Assembly (NCBI GenBank): GCA_918290775.1 | Contig: CAKJZF010000017.1 | Location: forward strand, 1-35,535 | Source of the DNA: Clostridiales bacterium | GTDB lineage: Bacteria > Bacillota > Clostridia > Oscillospirales > CAG-272 | Direction of reading: 5' to 3' | Length of the DNA stretch: 35,535 nt | In this document: piece after piece, positions 15,955-25,575 of the stretch | Numbering within the stretch: position 1 is the stretch's first letter | How the letters are laid out: the number at the start of each line of letters is the position of its first letter | Notes under the pieces: generated by a model | Seen by the model: the letters and a program-made list of their open reading frames with translations, nothing else | Databases searched by the model: none | Told to the model about the DNA's origin: nothing | Made by a program: the position numbers and the translations under genes

Positions 15955-17433
15955 ATGCCTGATTTTGCGATCTATCAAGACATTGCCGAGCGCACGGGCG
16001 GCGATATTTACGTCGGTGTTGTGGGACCGGTGCGCAGCGGAAAATCCACATTCATCAAACGGTTCATGGAGTCGGTCGTTTTGCCGAACATCGGGGAAGG
16101 CTATTCCCGCGACCGCGCCCGCGACGAACTGCCGCAATCCGCCGGCGGAAAAACGGTGATGACAACCGAGCCGAAATTCATTCCCGAGGAAGCGGTTCCG
16201 ATCGTGATCGGTGAGAACGCGCGGATGCGCGTTCGCATGATTGATTGCGTCGGCTACATTGTCCCCGACGCGATGGGAACGGTTGAGGACGGAGCGCCCC
16301 GTATGGTGCGAACCCCTTGGCAGGAAGAGCCGATGCCATTTGCGGAAGCAGCGGAAACAGGAACGAGAAAGGTCATCACCGACCATTCCACCATCGGTAT
16401 GCTTGTCACCACAGACGGAACCATCGGTGAAATTCCGCGCGAATCCTATGTGGAAGCCGAGGAACGCATCGTTGACGAATTAAAGGCGCTGAAGAAGCCT
16501 TTTGCTATCATTCTCAATTCCAAATCCCCGTCCTCCGAGGCGGCAACCGCGCTTGCTTATGAATTGGAGGGAAAGTACGGCGTTCCCGTGGCGCTGGTCA
16601 ACTGCCTTGAGCTTGACGCAGATGACATCCGTGAAATCTTGGGGCTTGTACTTGAGGAATTTCCCGTTTCGGAAGTGTCGGTTTCGCTCCCGGAGTGGAC
16701 GACTGCTCTTGAGGAAACGCATCCCATCCGTGCCTCTGTTCTTGCCTCGATCCGCAAATGCGCCGAAAAGGTGGCGAAGATGGGCGACGTTAAAGAAGCG
16801 TTCTCGGGCATGAACGAGAATGAATATATCGAGCGTGCGGAAGTGGAGGACATCGACCTTGGGACCGGAAAAGCAAACATCCGGCTGGAGACCGCTCCGG
16901 CGCTTTACTATCAAGTGATCAGCGAGTTGACGGGTCTTTCCATCAGCGATGAAAAGGGCTTGATGGAGACTCTGCGTGATCTTGCCGATGTAAAAACAAA
17001 ATATGACAAGGTTGCCGAGGCGCTCCGCGAGGTCAACGAAACCGGCTATGGAATCGTGATGCCCGATGTGGAGGAATTGCGCCTCGATGAGCCGCAAATC
17101 GCCAAACAGTCGGGCGGCTACGGCGTCAAGCTCCGCGCGGCGGCGCAGTCGATCCATATGATCCGCGCGAACATTGAGACTGAAATCAACCCCGTAGTCG
17201 GAACCGAGCAGCAGTCCGAGGATCTTGTCAAATATCTGCTTCGCGAGTTTGAAACTGATCCCCGCAGCATTTGGGAGTCCAATCTCTTCGGCAGATCGCT
17301 CTACGAGATTGTCAACGAGGGGCTGCACGCCAAACTCGACCACATTCCGGAGTCCTCCCGTAAGAAGCTCTCCGAAACGCTGGAGCGAATCGTCAACGAG
17401 GGAAGCAACGGTCTGATCTGCATTCTGCTGTAA
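15955..17433 (+). CDS. spoIVA: Stage IV sporulation protein A (coat morphogenetic ATPase)
   Basis: IYQDIAERTGGDIYVGVVGPVRSGKSTFIKRF, DELPQS, MTTEPKF, IDCVG, C-terminal GLICILL; 492 aa. Confidence 0.97.
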   Translation: MPDFAIYQDIAERTGGDIYVGVVGPVRSGKSTFIKRFMESVVLPNIGEGYSRDRARDELPQSAGGKTVMTTEPKFIPEEAVPIVIGENARMRVRMIDCVGYIVPDAMGTVEDGAPRMVRTPWQEEPMPFAEAAETGTRKVITDHSTIGMLVTTDGTIGEIPRESYVEAEERIVDELKALKKPFAIILNSKSPSSEAATALAYELEGKYGVPVALVNCLELDADDIREILGLVLEEFPVSEVSVSLPEWTTALEETHPIRASVLASIRKCAEKVAKMGDVKEAFSGMNENEYIERAEVEDIDLGTGKANIRLETAPALYYQVISELTGLSISDEKGLMETLRDLADVKTKYDKVAEALREVNETGYGIVMPDVEELRLDEPQIAKQSGGYGVKLRAAAQSIHMIRANIETEINPVVGTEQQSEDLVKYLLREFETDPRSIWESNLFGRSLYEIVNEGLHAKLDHIPESSRKKLSETLERIVNEGSNGLICILL

Positions 17434-17439
17434 AAAAAC

Positions 17440-17469
17440 CGGGAGGGGGAAACTTGTTTCCCCCTCCCG
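17440..17469. terminator. 14-bp inverted repeat right after spoIVA
   Basis: CGGGAGGGGGAAAC-TT-GTTTCCCCCTCCCG; the A-run lies on the left, no U-tract on the plus strand. Confidence 0.6.
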
Positions 17470-17495
17470 AAATAACGCAAAAACGAAATTGCCTC

Positions 17496-17524
17496 TTGAC
17501 GGAGGCGATTTTTTCATATATAAT
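17496..17524 (+). promoter_or_regulatory. Sigma-A-type promoter for the DUF5662 gene
   Basis: TTGACG-17 nt-TATAAT. Confidence 0.72.
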
Positions 17525-17557
17525 AAATGGGAACTCATTGAACAAAAGGAGTGCTGA

Positions 17558-18142
17558 ATGATCCATCCCATCAAACATTTTCAAACCATCACCAAACATC
17601 GCCACCGCGTGATCGAGCATTGCTTTCGCGCGGGAATCGGCTTGCAAGGGCTTCTTCATGATCTCTCCAAATATGAACCGGCCGAATGGATTCCAGGCGT
17701 ACGGTACTATCAGGGAACGAGAAGCCCCAACGAGCAGGAGCGGGAACTTTTCGGCTATTCGGTTGCATGGATGCACCATAAGGGCAGAAATCGACACCAT
17801 TTTGAATATTGGAGCGATCTGAACCCGAAAACCAAGCAATACGAATCGGTTCGGATGCCGATCCGCTATGTCAAGGAGATGTTCTGCGACCGCGTTGCCG
17901 CGAGCAAGATCTACCAAGGGGAGCGTTACACCAACCGCCACCCGCTGGAGTATTATCTGCGCGGAAACGCCCGCTCCAGGATGCACCCGGATACCGCTGA
18001 TCTGCTGGAGAGTTGGCTGACGATGCTTGCCGAGAAGGGCGAGGACATTACTTTTGCCTATCTTCGATCCATCCCCAATAACAGCACCTACGGTCATCGT
18101 CCCGTTCTGATGAAGCCCGAAAATCCATTGAAAAACCAGTAA
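17558..18142 (+). CDS. DUF5662-family HD-like metal-binding protein
   Basis: HFQTITKHR, GLLHDLSKY, AWMHHKGRNRHHFEYW, EMFCDR; AAGGAG RBS. Confidence 0.8.
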   Translation: MIHPIKHFQTITKHRHRVIEHCFRAGIGLQGLLHDLSKYEPAEWIPGVRYYQGTRSPNEQERELFGYSVAWMHHKGRNRHHFEYWSDLNPKTKQYESVRMPIRYVKEMFCDRVAASKIYQGERYTNRHPLEYYLRGNARSRMHPDTADLLESWLTMLAEKGEDITFAYLRSIPNNSTYGHRPVLMKPENPLKNQ

Positions 18143-18176
18143 AAACCGCCGAAAATACCGTAAAAAGTCGGAAACG

Positions 18177-18240
18177 CAACCATCGGTTGACAAATTTCAA
18201 AGCCGAATCGGTGGACTTTTTATACTCGGTGGTGTATCAT
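18177..18240 (+). promoter_or_regulatory. Promoter and candidate operators of the XRE gene
   Basis: Palindrome CAACC-ATC-GGTTG (18177-18189); TCGGTKG repeated at 18183, 18208, 18226; TGGACT-17 nt-TATCAT (18212-18240). Confidence 0.55.
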
Positions 18241-18285
18241 TAAGCTGTCAGAAGGATGAAAGACGGAAAGAGAGGATAAATCTAT

Positions 18286-19305
18286 ATGACACTTTCGGAA
18301 AAGATCATGACCCTTCGTCGGCGGAACGGATGGTCGCAGGAGGAATTGGCGGAGCGGCTGGATGTTTCGCGGCAGTCGGTCTCTAAATGGGAAATGGGGC
18401 AAAGTGTGCCCGAACTGGATAAGATTGTTCAGATGAGCAATCTGTTCGGCGTTAACGCCGATACCTTGATTCGCGATGAAATCGGTCTTGGGGAACCTGC
18501 CTTCTCGGAAGGAGAACCGCAACCCGCCCCGCTCAATGAGGAGACAACCGACGCGCAAATGGGAAATCTGCTTTCCGAATCCGACGCGAGAACCTTGATT
18601 GCCCGTGCGAAATGCAAAAACCGTTTCACCGCTGTCGGCGTAGCGCTTTGCGTGGTTGCCCCGATTCCGCTGATTCTCCAGCAGATTGCCGCCGGAATTG
18701 CGATTCTGCTGGTTTTGGTTGCGGCGGCGGTCGCCTGCTTTATCACCGCGGATCATCTTTGGAAGGCAACGCCCTATTCGGTTTACACCAAGGGAGACCG
18801 TCTTTCCGCCGATGCCGCTGTGTTTGTGCGGGAGAATGTATCCGCCGCTGACCGTCGCTTTTTGATCTTTAATCTGATCGGCGTCATCCTGTTCATCCTG
18901 TCGCCCATCCCGCTGGTGACGGTGGCACTCGTAAATTCGGATAGTCTGACTGACCTGCAAGCGGAAACCTGCGTTGCGATCCTGCTCGGTATGGTTGCCG
19001 TCGGGGTGTTTTTCGTACTTCTACGGGGAACCGAGATGGCAGTTTGGAAGCGTTTTCAGGCGATTTTGGAAAACCGGATTCCGAATGAAATCCGCGAGGG
19101 CGAAGAGCCGCAGGAGGCAGCCGCGCGACTGGAAGAAGAGAAGCGCGACCCGATCGGAAAAATCTATTGGTCGGTTGTAACATCAGGGTACTTGTTGGTG
19201 TCCTTTTTGACCCATCGTTGGGATATGACATGGATCGTTTGGCCGGTTGCGGGCGTTCTTTTCGGTGCGATCGAAGCAATTCTGTGCCTGACCCGCCGCA
19301 AATAA
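18286..19305 (+). CDS. XRE-family HTH regulator fused to a multi-pass membrane domain
   Basis: LRRRNGWSQEELAERLDVSRQSVSKWEMGQSVP; about six hydrophobic helices; C-terminal YLLVSFLT..W..TWIVWPVAG. Confidence 0.9.
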   Translation: MTLSEKIMTLRRRNGWSQEELAERLDVSRQSVSKWEMGQSVPELDKIVQMSNLFGVNADTLIRDEIGLGEPAFSEGEPQPAPLNEETTDAQMGNLLSESDARTLIARAKCKNRFTAVGVALCVVAPIPLILQQIAAGIAILLVLVAAAVACFITADHLWKATPYSVYTKGDRLSADAAVFVRENVSAADRRFLIFNLIGVILFILSPIPLVTVALVNSDSLTDLQAETCVAILLGMVAVGVFFVLLRGTEMAVWKRFQAILENRIPNEIREGEEPQEAAARLEEEKRDPIGKIYWSVVTSGYLLVSFLTHRWDMTWIVWPVAGVLFGAIEAILCLTRRK

Positions 19306-19315
19306 TCGGGCGGCG

Positions 19316-19364
19316 TTCCATAAAAAAACCTGTATCGCAAAGCGATACAGGTTTTTTTATGGAA
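19316..19364. terminator. Bidirectional terminator between XRE and pheT
   Basis: TTCCATAAAAAAACCTGTATCGC-AAA-GCGATACAGGTTTTTTTATGGAA, perfect 23-bp arms. Confidence 0.9.
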
Positions 19365-19367
19365 ACA

Positions 19368-21767
19368 TCACGCACGCAGGGTCAATCCCATCTTGAATTT
19401 GAGATCATTCAGGATCTTCTTGCTCACCTTGTCCGCTTCTTCCACCGTCAGCGTGCGGTCGGGCGCACGGAGCGTGACGCGGATGGAGACCGACTTTTTA
19501 CCCTCGCCGAGTTGTTCACCGCGATAAATGTCGAAGAGCGAGACGGTTTCCACAAGCTTGCCGCCCGCCTTTTTCATAACGCCTTCAATCGCGCCGACCT
19601 CAATGTCCTCGTCGCAGACAAAGGAGAAATCACGGGTTGTCGCGGGATATTTCGGCAGAGGACGATAGGTCTTTTGCAGTTTAACATGGGCAAAGATCTC
19701 ATCGAAAGCCAATTCGGCAATCAGAACGGGCTGGCTGAACCCGTAATTGGAAGCCATACGCGGATCCGCCTGACCGAGAACGCCGAGATAGGTTCCATCC
19801 TCGGCGGTTATGGTTGCGCAACGCCCGGGATGGTAGGAGGGGTTTTCGGTCTCCGCCGTAAATTCCGCCGCGATTCCGCCGCGATTGAGGATGGCTTCGC
19901 AAACGCCCTTAACCGTGTAGAAATCGGCATTTCCGTACATACCGATGGTCAGAACGCGTTTCTCATCCGGCAGTTCGTTCGGGTTTTCATGCGGCAGATA
20001 GACGGTTGCAAGCTCAAAGAGCCGCACATTTTCGTTGTTGAAGTTGTTGTTACGCGCCAGTACCTCCATCATCGAGGGAAGCGCCGTTGTGCGCATCACG
20101 CTGGTGTCCTCGCCCAACGGGTTGGAGATGACGACAGAGCTGCGAAGCGGGCTGTTCGCGGGCATACGGATCTTGTCATAGGATTTCGGACTGATGAAGG
20201 AGAAGGTATGAATTTGCGAGAGATCCAATCCGGTCAACTGCTGCTCGGTTTCCAATTCGTAATCCATTTTTGCCGAGCGCCCGCCGAGCGTTGTTTCGGC
20301 ATTCATGCGGGAGGATTCAATCTTGTCATAGCCCCAAACGCGGACCACTTCTTCGGCAATGTCATTCATGCAGGCGAGGTCGGCGCGATAGGACGGGACT
20401 GTAATGTTGCCGTCCTTGACCGTGCAGCCGAGGCTTTGGAGCGTCTTGACCATATGTTCCTCTGGAATTTTGGTTCCGAGAAACGCGTTGTAGCGAGCGG
20501 GGGTAAAGGGAAGCACGGTCAATGGCTTGACAGAGGGATAGACGTCGATAACGCCGTCCACAACGTCTCCGGCGCCAAGCAATTCCACCAGCTCACAGGC
20601 ACGCTCCAACCCAGCCATACAGTTTTCGGGATCCAATCCCTTTTCATAGCGCGAGGAGGACTCGGTGCGCATTCCGTTTTTCTTGGCGGTGACGCGAACC
20701 GACGCGCCGTTGAAGCACGCAGATTCGAACACCACCGTTGCGGTTCCGTCCACAATTTCGGAGTTTGCTCCACCCATCACACCCGCGAGAGCACAAGCCT
20801 TTTTGCCGTCGGCAATCACAAGCATAGAACTGTCAAGCGTATGGTCGATGTTGTCCAGCGAACGGAAGGTTTCGCCGTCGGTCGCGCGCCTGACGTTGAT
20901 TGCCGAACCTTCCAGACATTGATAGTCGAAGGCGTGCATCGGTTGACCGTATTCGAGCATGACATAGTTTGTGATGTCAACAATGTTGTTGATCGGGCGA
21001 ACTCCGGCGGCACGCAAACGCATCCGCATCCAAAGCGGGGAGGGCGCGATGCGGACATTCTTGACCACGCGGGCGCAGTAGCGATAGCAGAGATCGGGAT
21101 CGCTGATGGTCACGTTCAGATAGTTTCCGATCTTGTCGCCGTCGTTCGCACCGTTCACCTTGGGGGTCGGAACCGAGAACGGACGGTCAAACGAAACCGC
21201 GGTCTCGCGTGCCAAACCGATGACGGAAAGGCAGTCCGGGCGATTGGAGGTAATTTCGAATTCCACAACCGTATCGCGCAGGAGAAGCGCGTCTCGGATA
21301 TCGGTTCCGAGCTTGTCGGCGAGATCGTCGTCAAGAATCAGAATTCCGTTTTCCTCTTTGCCGGGCATATCATGCGCGGTCAGATTCAGTTCACCGAAGG
21401 AGCAGAGCATCCCGTCCGATTCCACACCGCGGAGCTTGCCCGCTTTGATGACAACGTCTCCCGGCAGCTTCGCCACGGGAAGTGCCGCAGGAACCAGCGC
21501 ACCGACGAACACGTTTTGCGCACCGGTCACGATCTGAATGTCATGCCCGCGATCGCCCGCGTCAAGCCTGCAAATCCAAAGATGATCCGAGTCGGGATGG
21601 CGCTCTATGGCGGTCACTTTCGCAACCACCACATTTTCAATATCCTCCGCAAGCGTTTCGTAGCCTTCCACCTTGGAACCTGTTGCAGTCAGACGGTCGC
21701 AGTAAGCATGGTCGCTGACGTCACGAACATCCACAAAATCAGAAAGCCAATTTCTGGAAAGATTCAT
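19368..21767 (-). CDS. pheT: Phenylalanine--tRNA ligase beta subunit
   Basis: HPDSDHL, LRGVESDGMLCS, NRPDCLSVIGLARE, NNIVDITNYVMLEYGQPMHAFD, C-terminal FDIYRG..KSVS; 799 aa. Confidence 0.97.
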   Translation of the reverse strand: MNLSRNWLSDFVDVRDVSDHAYCDRLTATGSKVEGYETLAEDIENVVVAKVTAIERHPDSDHLWICRLDAGDRGHDIQIVTGAQNVFVGALVPAALPVAKLPGDVVIKAGKLRGVESDGMLCSFGELNLTAHDMPGKEENGILILDDDLADKLGTDIRDALLLRDTVVEFEITSNRPDCLSVIGLARETAVSFDRPFSVPTPKVNGANDGDKIGNYLNVTISDPDLCYRYCARVVKNVRIAPSPLWMRMRLRAAGVRPINNIVDITNYVMLEYGQPMHAFDYQCLEGSAINVRRATDGETFRSLDNIDHTLDSSMLVIADGKKACALAGVMGGANSEIVDGTATVVFESACFNGASVRVTAKKNGMRTESSSRYEKGLDPENCMAGLERACELVELLGAGDVVDGVIDVYPSVKPLTVLPFTPARYNAFLGTKIPEEHMVKTLQSLGCTVKDGNITVPSYRADLACMNDIAEEVVRVWGYDKIESSRMNAETTLGGRSAKMDYELETEQQLTGLDLSQIHTFSFISPKSYDKIRMPANSPLRSSVVISNPLGEDTSVMRTTALPSMMEVLARNNNFNNENVRLFELATVYLPHENPNELPDEKRVLTIGMYGNADFYTVKGVCEAILNRGGIAAEFTAETENPSYHPGRCATITAEDGTYLGVLGQADPRMASNYGFSQPVLIAELAFDEIFAHVKLQKTYRPLPKYPATTRDFSFVCDEDIEVGAIEGVMKKAGGKLVETVSLFDIYRGEQLGEGKKSVSIRVTLRAPDRTLTVEEADKVSKKILNDLKFKMGLTLRA

Positions 21768-21785
21768 GTTTCGGGTTCTCCTTTC

Positions 21786-22802
21786 TTAAAATTGGTTCAG
21801 AAAACGTTGATCGTTTTCATAGAAGAGGCGAATGTCATCAATGCCGCGAGAGATCATGGTGATACGCTCGATGCCGAGACCAAACGCGAATCCAGAATAT
21901 TCTTCGGGATCAATCCCGCAGTTGGAGAGTACAAACGGATGCACCATGCCCGCGCCGAGAATCTCAATCCATCCTTCGCCCTTGCAGAGGCGGCAACCCT
22001 TGCCGCCGCAAACGAAGCAGGAAGCGTCCACCTCGGCGGACGGCTCGGTAAACGGGAAGTGATGCGGGCGGAAGCGAATGCGGGTGTCCTCGCCGAACAT
22101 CTTTTTCGCAAACGTTTCCAGTGTCCCTTTGAGATCGCCCATGGTAATCCCCTTGTCCACAACCAGCCCCTCCAACTGATGGAAGAGCGGAGAATGGGTG
22201 GAGTCCAATGCGTCCGAGCGGTAAACACGCCCGGGAGATATGATGCGGATCGGTGGCTTCATATGTTCCATTGTTCGCACCTGAACCGGGGATGTTTGCG
22301 AGCGAAGCAGGATTTTATCGGTGATATAGAAGGTATCCTGCGTGTCGCGCGCCGGGTGGTTTTCGGGGATATTGAGCGCTTGGAAGTTGTAGTAATCCAG
22401 CTCCACTTCGGGACCCTCCACAACCTGGAATCCCATGCCGATGAAGATGTTTTCCAAATCGCGCTGAACCTTTGTCAGCGGGTGGATATGTCCGGCGGGA
22501 AGCGCCGTGCCAGGAATGGTGACGTCCAGCTTTTCGGCTTTCAACTTGCGCTCGAGCGCCTTTGTTTGCACATCGCGGATCTTCTTGGAGATGGCATTTT
22601 CAATGCTCTCGCGAATTTCGTTGGCGAGCTGTCCGATTTTCGGGCGCTCTTCCGGCGTCAGCGATCCCATCCCACGCAGAACCGCGGTCAGCTCGCCTTT
22701 TTTTCCGAGATAGCGAACCTTGACCTGCTCAAGCGTTGCTTCGGTCGCTGTATCAATGGCTTTGAGCGCCGATTCTCTGATTTCTGTGAGTTTTTCCTTC
22801 AT
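21786..22802 (-). CDS. pheS: Phenylalanine--tRNA ligase alpha subunit
   Basis: [49 protein letters not shown]; start MKEKL at 22802 behind AAAGGA. Confidence 0.97.
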   Translation of the reverse strand: MKEKLTEIRESALKAIDTATEATLEQVKVRYLGKKGELTAVLRGMGSLTPEERPKIGQLANEIRESIENAISKKIRDVQTKALERKLKAEKLDVTIPGTALPAGHIHPLTKVQRDLENIFIGMGFQVVEGPEVELDYYNFQALNIPENHPARDTQDTFYITDKILLRSQTSPVQVRTMEHMKPPIRIISPGRVYRSDALDSTHSPLFHQLEGLVVDKGITMGDLKGTLETFAKKMFGEDTRIRFRPHHFPFTEPSAEVDASCFVCGGKGCRLCKGEGWIEILGAGMVHPFVLSNCGIDPEEYSGFAFGLGIERITMISRGIDDIRLFYENDQRFLNQF

Positions 22803-22845
22803 AATTGAATCCTTTCTTTGAAAGATTGTTTGTCTGTCCAACGTC

Positions 22846-23090
22846 CAAAAAGAAAAATCCCGCCCCACGCAATTGGGACGAGACGCAAAGCACCCCGCGG
22901 TACCACCCGATTTTCGGCACAAAGCCAACACTTTGACGGCGAATAACGGCGCCTGCCGGATCGGGCTACCGAAACTTTCACCCGACCTGCTCCGAAGGGA
23001 AATGCGCGTCGCTTGGGTTTGCCGTGCTTCCAGCCGGGACACCGCTCTCTGAAAAACCGCTGTTGCGACTTGCTGACTTCATCCTCGCAT
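22846..23090 (-). ncRNA. T-box riboswitch leader of pheST with Phe (UUC) specifier
   Basis: Stem I with AGAGA and GCUGGAA, specifier UUC at 23001-22999, CCGUUA, T-box AAUCGGGUGGUACCGCG (22912-22896), terminator with U-tract. Confidence 0.93.
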
Positions 23091-23107
23091 TTATATTTAC
23101 AAAGGAT

Positions 23108-23136
23108 AGTATAGCACCTTTTTCTATCTTTTTCAA
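23108..23136 (-). promoter_or_regulatory. Sigma-A-type promoter for the T-box/pheST unit
   Basis: Minus strand TTGAAA-17 nt-TATACT with extended TG. Confidence 0.78.
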
Positions 23137-23167
23137 GAGTTTTTATGAAATTTTTTACAAAAAACAG

Positions 23168-23206
23168 AAAAAAGCACGGCGAGATCCCTTGCGGGAATCG
23201 CCGTGC
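23168..23206 (-). terminator. Intrinsic terminator of the OppA-like gene
   Basis: GCACGGCGA...TCGCCGTGC stem followed by a U-run on the minus strand. Confidence 0.82.
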
Positions 23207-23217
23207 CTGAATGGGGT

Positions 23218-25395
23218 TCATTTTGCCTCGGTTGTTTCTTCGGTTGTTTCCTCCGGTACTTCAGACAAGCCGAAGTAATCCCAGTTGATGGAGTTGGGGA
23301 ACTGGTTGAACACGAGAATATAGTCCTCGTAGTTTCGGAGCTTGGTCTTTGCAAATGAGGCGGGGATATAGTAATTACTCTTAACACCTGAAATTTCACT
23401 GTTGATCATCACTGCGTTCTGATTGAAGACCACAGGGATCACGGGAAGCTCATCCATCAGAAGTTTTTCTGCCTCATGGAGGAGAATCGCCTTCTGATCC
23501 GCCCATTTTGCGGATTTGTCGGTCGGCGTAATGTTAAACTCGCGGTAGATGTTTCCGACCGTCTGATAAACGGTCTCATAAAGCTCGAGCGTTTCCAACC
23601 CGAATCCCATATAAGGATTGGTTTCGGGATCGCTAAAGATCTCCTCATCAGGATCCGATTCCAGCTTGGAATAGTAGGGGATGAAATAAATCGCTTCCAT
23701 CAAATCATTGTAAGCGGTGCTGTTATATCCGGTGATGTGCGTGTAGCGGACAGGCTCGCCGTTTTCATCGAGGGTGGATTTGCCGGAGAAGCGGAGCGCA
23801 AAGCTCGAAAGCATCGCATAGGCGGTCGGTGCGTAAGCGTTATCATCGAAAACGATCGCCTCAAATGTTCCGCGCTGCAGCGACTCTGTGAACAGATCGT
23901 CGCAAACCGTTTTATCCGGGTCGGAGGTGATGCCGGCTTGAATGCGCTGGTCATTGTTGACAATGGTCTGCACCTCTTCCACCGTGACGTCAAACCCAAG
24001 CTGACCCCAAGCCTGCGCCATCTGCTTTGCCATGGCGATGTGAACCTCGTCATAGCTTGCAACACGGAGAGTGAAGGGGAAGTTTGCCGGATCGAAGTCC
24101 GCAATGTCCACTTTTGCAAGTTCTTCTTGCGCGGCGGTCAGGTTTGCGGATGCGGCAAGCAGGTCTCCGCCCGTTTTGCGGAAGGAGCCTTTCAGCCCCG
24201 ATTCAAAGATGCCGGGACCGATCAGCGCGGTTGCGGCTTTGGCATAAACGACCGAATCCGCAATGGCTTCACGATCCAAAGCAAGCGAGAGCGCCCGGCG
24301 AACATGGACGTCCGCAAAGATTTTCTCGCCGTTGATTTCAGCGTTTTCATTCAGATAGCAAACGAAGGTGGAAAGCGCGTCTGAAACTTTCGCGTTCTTG
24401 CTGACAAATTCGTTATTCCGCAGGGAAAGCGGGATCGAACCGATGTAGAAGAGCTGGTTGTTTTGATATGCTTCCAAAAGTTCTTCGTCGGTCATCGTGC
24501 AGTCAACCAAAATGCGGTAGGGCGTGACGTATTTGTCAAGTGCGTCGCGCTTCAGGTCGCGCATATAGTACTTGTTGCGTTCCAAAATAAAACTGGAAAT
24601 CTTCTGAACGTCATAGGAGCGCATGGTCGGGTTGCCGTTGCGGTCGGTGTAGCGGTAGTTGCCTTTTCCGTCCAGCGCGTTGTCGTCGCGGGCAGTGACA
24701 TTGACCGTTCTGCCCTTGTCATTTTCGGTTGTCTCCACGCTGTAGACGATCCGCTTGAGAGAGAATGGACCGTTGGTGACCAATGTAGATGCTTTTTTCG
24801 CCCAGTCGGGGTTGCCCTTGATGTTGGTGGAGAAGACTGGCGCTGTGGCGATATTGGTTAGGTTGATCAGAAACGCGTTGACGTCAACGGTGTCTTCAAA
24901 GGTGATTTTAACGATGGTGGTGGATTCGGCTTTGATCGAAGCAAGTTCGGAAACCAATCCCTCGTTGTAGGCGCGTGCGCCCTTGATGTCGTAAAGCAGA
25001 GACGCTGCGGCATACCCGTTTTCGGGAGCGAGCAGACGCGTCCACGCATAAACGCAATCCTGCGCGGTCAGAGAGAACCCGTTGCTCCATTTGGCGTTCC
25101 GAAGCGTGATCTCCATGTGATTGCCGTTGCCATCGGTAAAGGTGCGGTAGCTCTTGGCAAGTGCACATTGGATCTTGCCCGAAGAGGTGAGTGTAAAGAG
25201 CGGCTCAAAAAGCAGGCTGACCACATTGACAGCGTCGGTATTGTGGTATGCGTTTGCGGGATCAAAATCATAGATCTCATCGGTCAGAAACATGGTGATG
25301 TAGGCGCCGTCATCATCGGTGCGCGATTTGCACCCCGCGAGAACGCCGACCAACATGGTAAGACAGAGAACGAGAATCAAAATTCGCTTGATCAT
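23218..25395 (-). CDS. OppA-like ABC solute-binding lipoprotein (family 5), about 725 aa
   Basis: Lipobox LAGC; FDPA, LFEPL, LRNAKWSNG..LTAQD..YAW, TNGPF, LERNKYY, VRRALSLALDR, LHEAEKLLMDELPVIP; start 25395 behind AAGGAGG. Confidence 0.88.
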   Translation of the reverse strand: MIKRILILVLCLTMLVGVLAGCKSRTDDDGAYITMFLTDEIYDFDPANAYHNTDAVNVVSLLFEPLFTLTSSGKIQCALAKSYRTFTDGNGNHMEITLRNAKWSNGFSLTAQDCVYAWTRLLAPENGYAAASLLYDIKGARAYNEGLVSELASIKAESTTIVKITFEDTVDVNAFLINLTNIATAPVFSTNIKGNPDWAKKASTLVTNGPFSLKRIVYSVETTENDKGRTVNVTARDDNALDGKGNYRYTDRNGNPTMRSYDVQKISSFILERNKYYMRDLKRDALDKYVTPYRILVDCTMTDEELLEAYQNNQLFYIGSIPLSLRNNEFVSKNAKVSDALSTFVCYLNENAEINGEKIFADVHVRRALSLALDREAIADSVVYAKAATALIGPGIFESGLKGSFRKTGGDLLAASANLTAAQEELAKVDIADFDPANFPFTLRVASYDEVHIAMAKQMAQAWGQLGFDVTVEEVQTIVNNDQRIQAGITSDPDKTVCDDLFTESLQRGTFEAIVFDDNAYAPTAYAMLSSFALRFSGKSTLDENGEPVRYTHITGYNSTAYNDLMEAIYFIPYYSKLESDPDEEIFSDPETNPYMGFGLETLELYETVYQTVGNIYREFNITPTDKSAKWADQKAILLHEAEKLLMDELPVIPVVFNQNAVMINSEISGVKSNYYIPASFAKTKLRNYEDYILVFNQFPNSINWDYFGLSEVPEETTEETTEAK

Positions 25396-25464
25396 GGCAA
25401 CAGAACAACCTCCTTGCTGTAAGGAAAACCGGAAAAATCCGTTTTGCAAAATCTATACACACCT

Positions 25465-25493
25465 ATTCTATCATATTTCCCTTTGAATTTCAA
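25465..25493 (-). promoter_or_regulatory. Sigma-A-type promoter for the OppA-like gene
   Basis: Minus strand TTGAAA-17 nt-TAGAAT with extended TG. Confidence 0.65.
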
Positions 25494-25514
25494 TAGATAT
25501 CCGAAATTTTTCGT

Positions 25515-25544
25515 GTATATTTTGTGAATATTGTTGGGAAATTA
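25515..25544 (+). promoter_or_regulatory. Putative sigma-F/G promoter for gpr
   Basis: GTATA-15 nt-TGGGAAATTA; gpr is a known forespore sigma-F/G gene. Confidence 0.55.
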
Positions 25545-25575
25545 CCCGTGAAGCGCGATGGAAGGGGAGAAACAA

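Noticed and set aside
17558-18142. Catalase label sometimes attached to this protein family
   Set aside because: No heme or Mn catalase motifs; only HD-like His/Asp clusters are visible.
19167-22808. 1213-aa plus-strand ORF antisense to pheT and pheS
   Set aside because: It lies in exact antisense codon register to two in-frame genes 18 nt apart, runs through a terminator, and has no RBS or recognisable motifs. This is the usual codon-bias shadow.
22803-23042. 80-aa N-terminal extension of PheS in the ORF track
   Set aside because: This stretch is the T-box leader; the PheS start is 22802.
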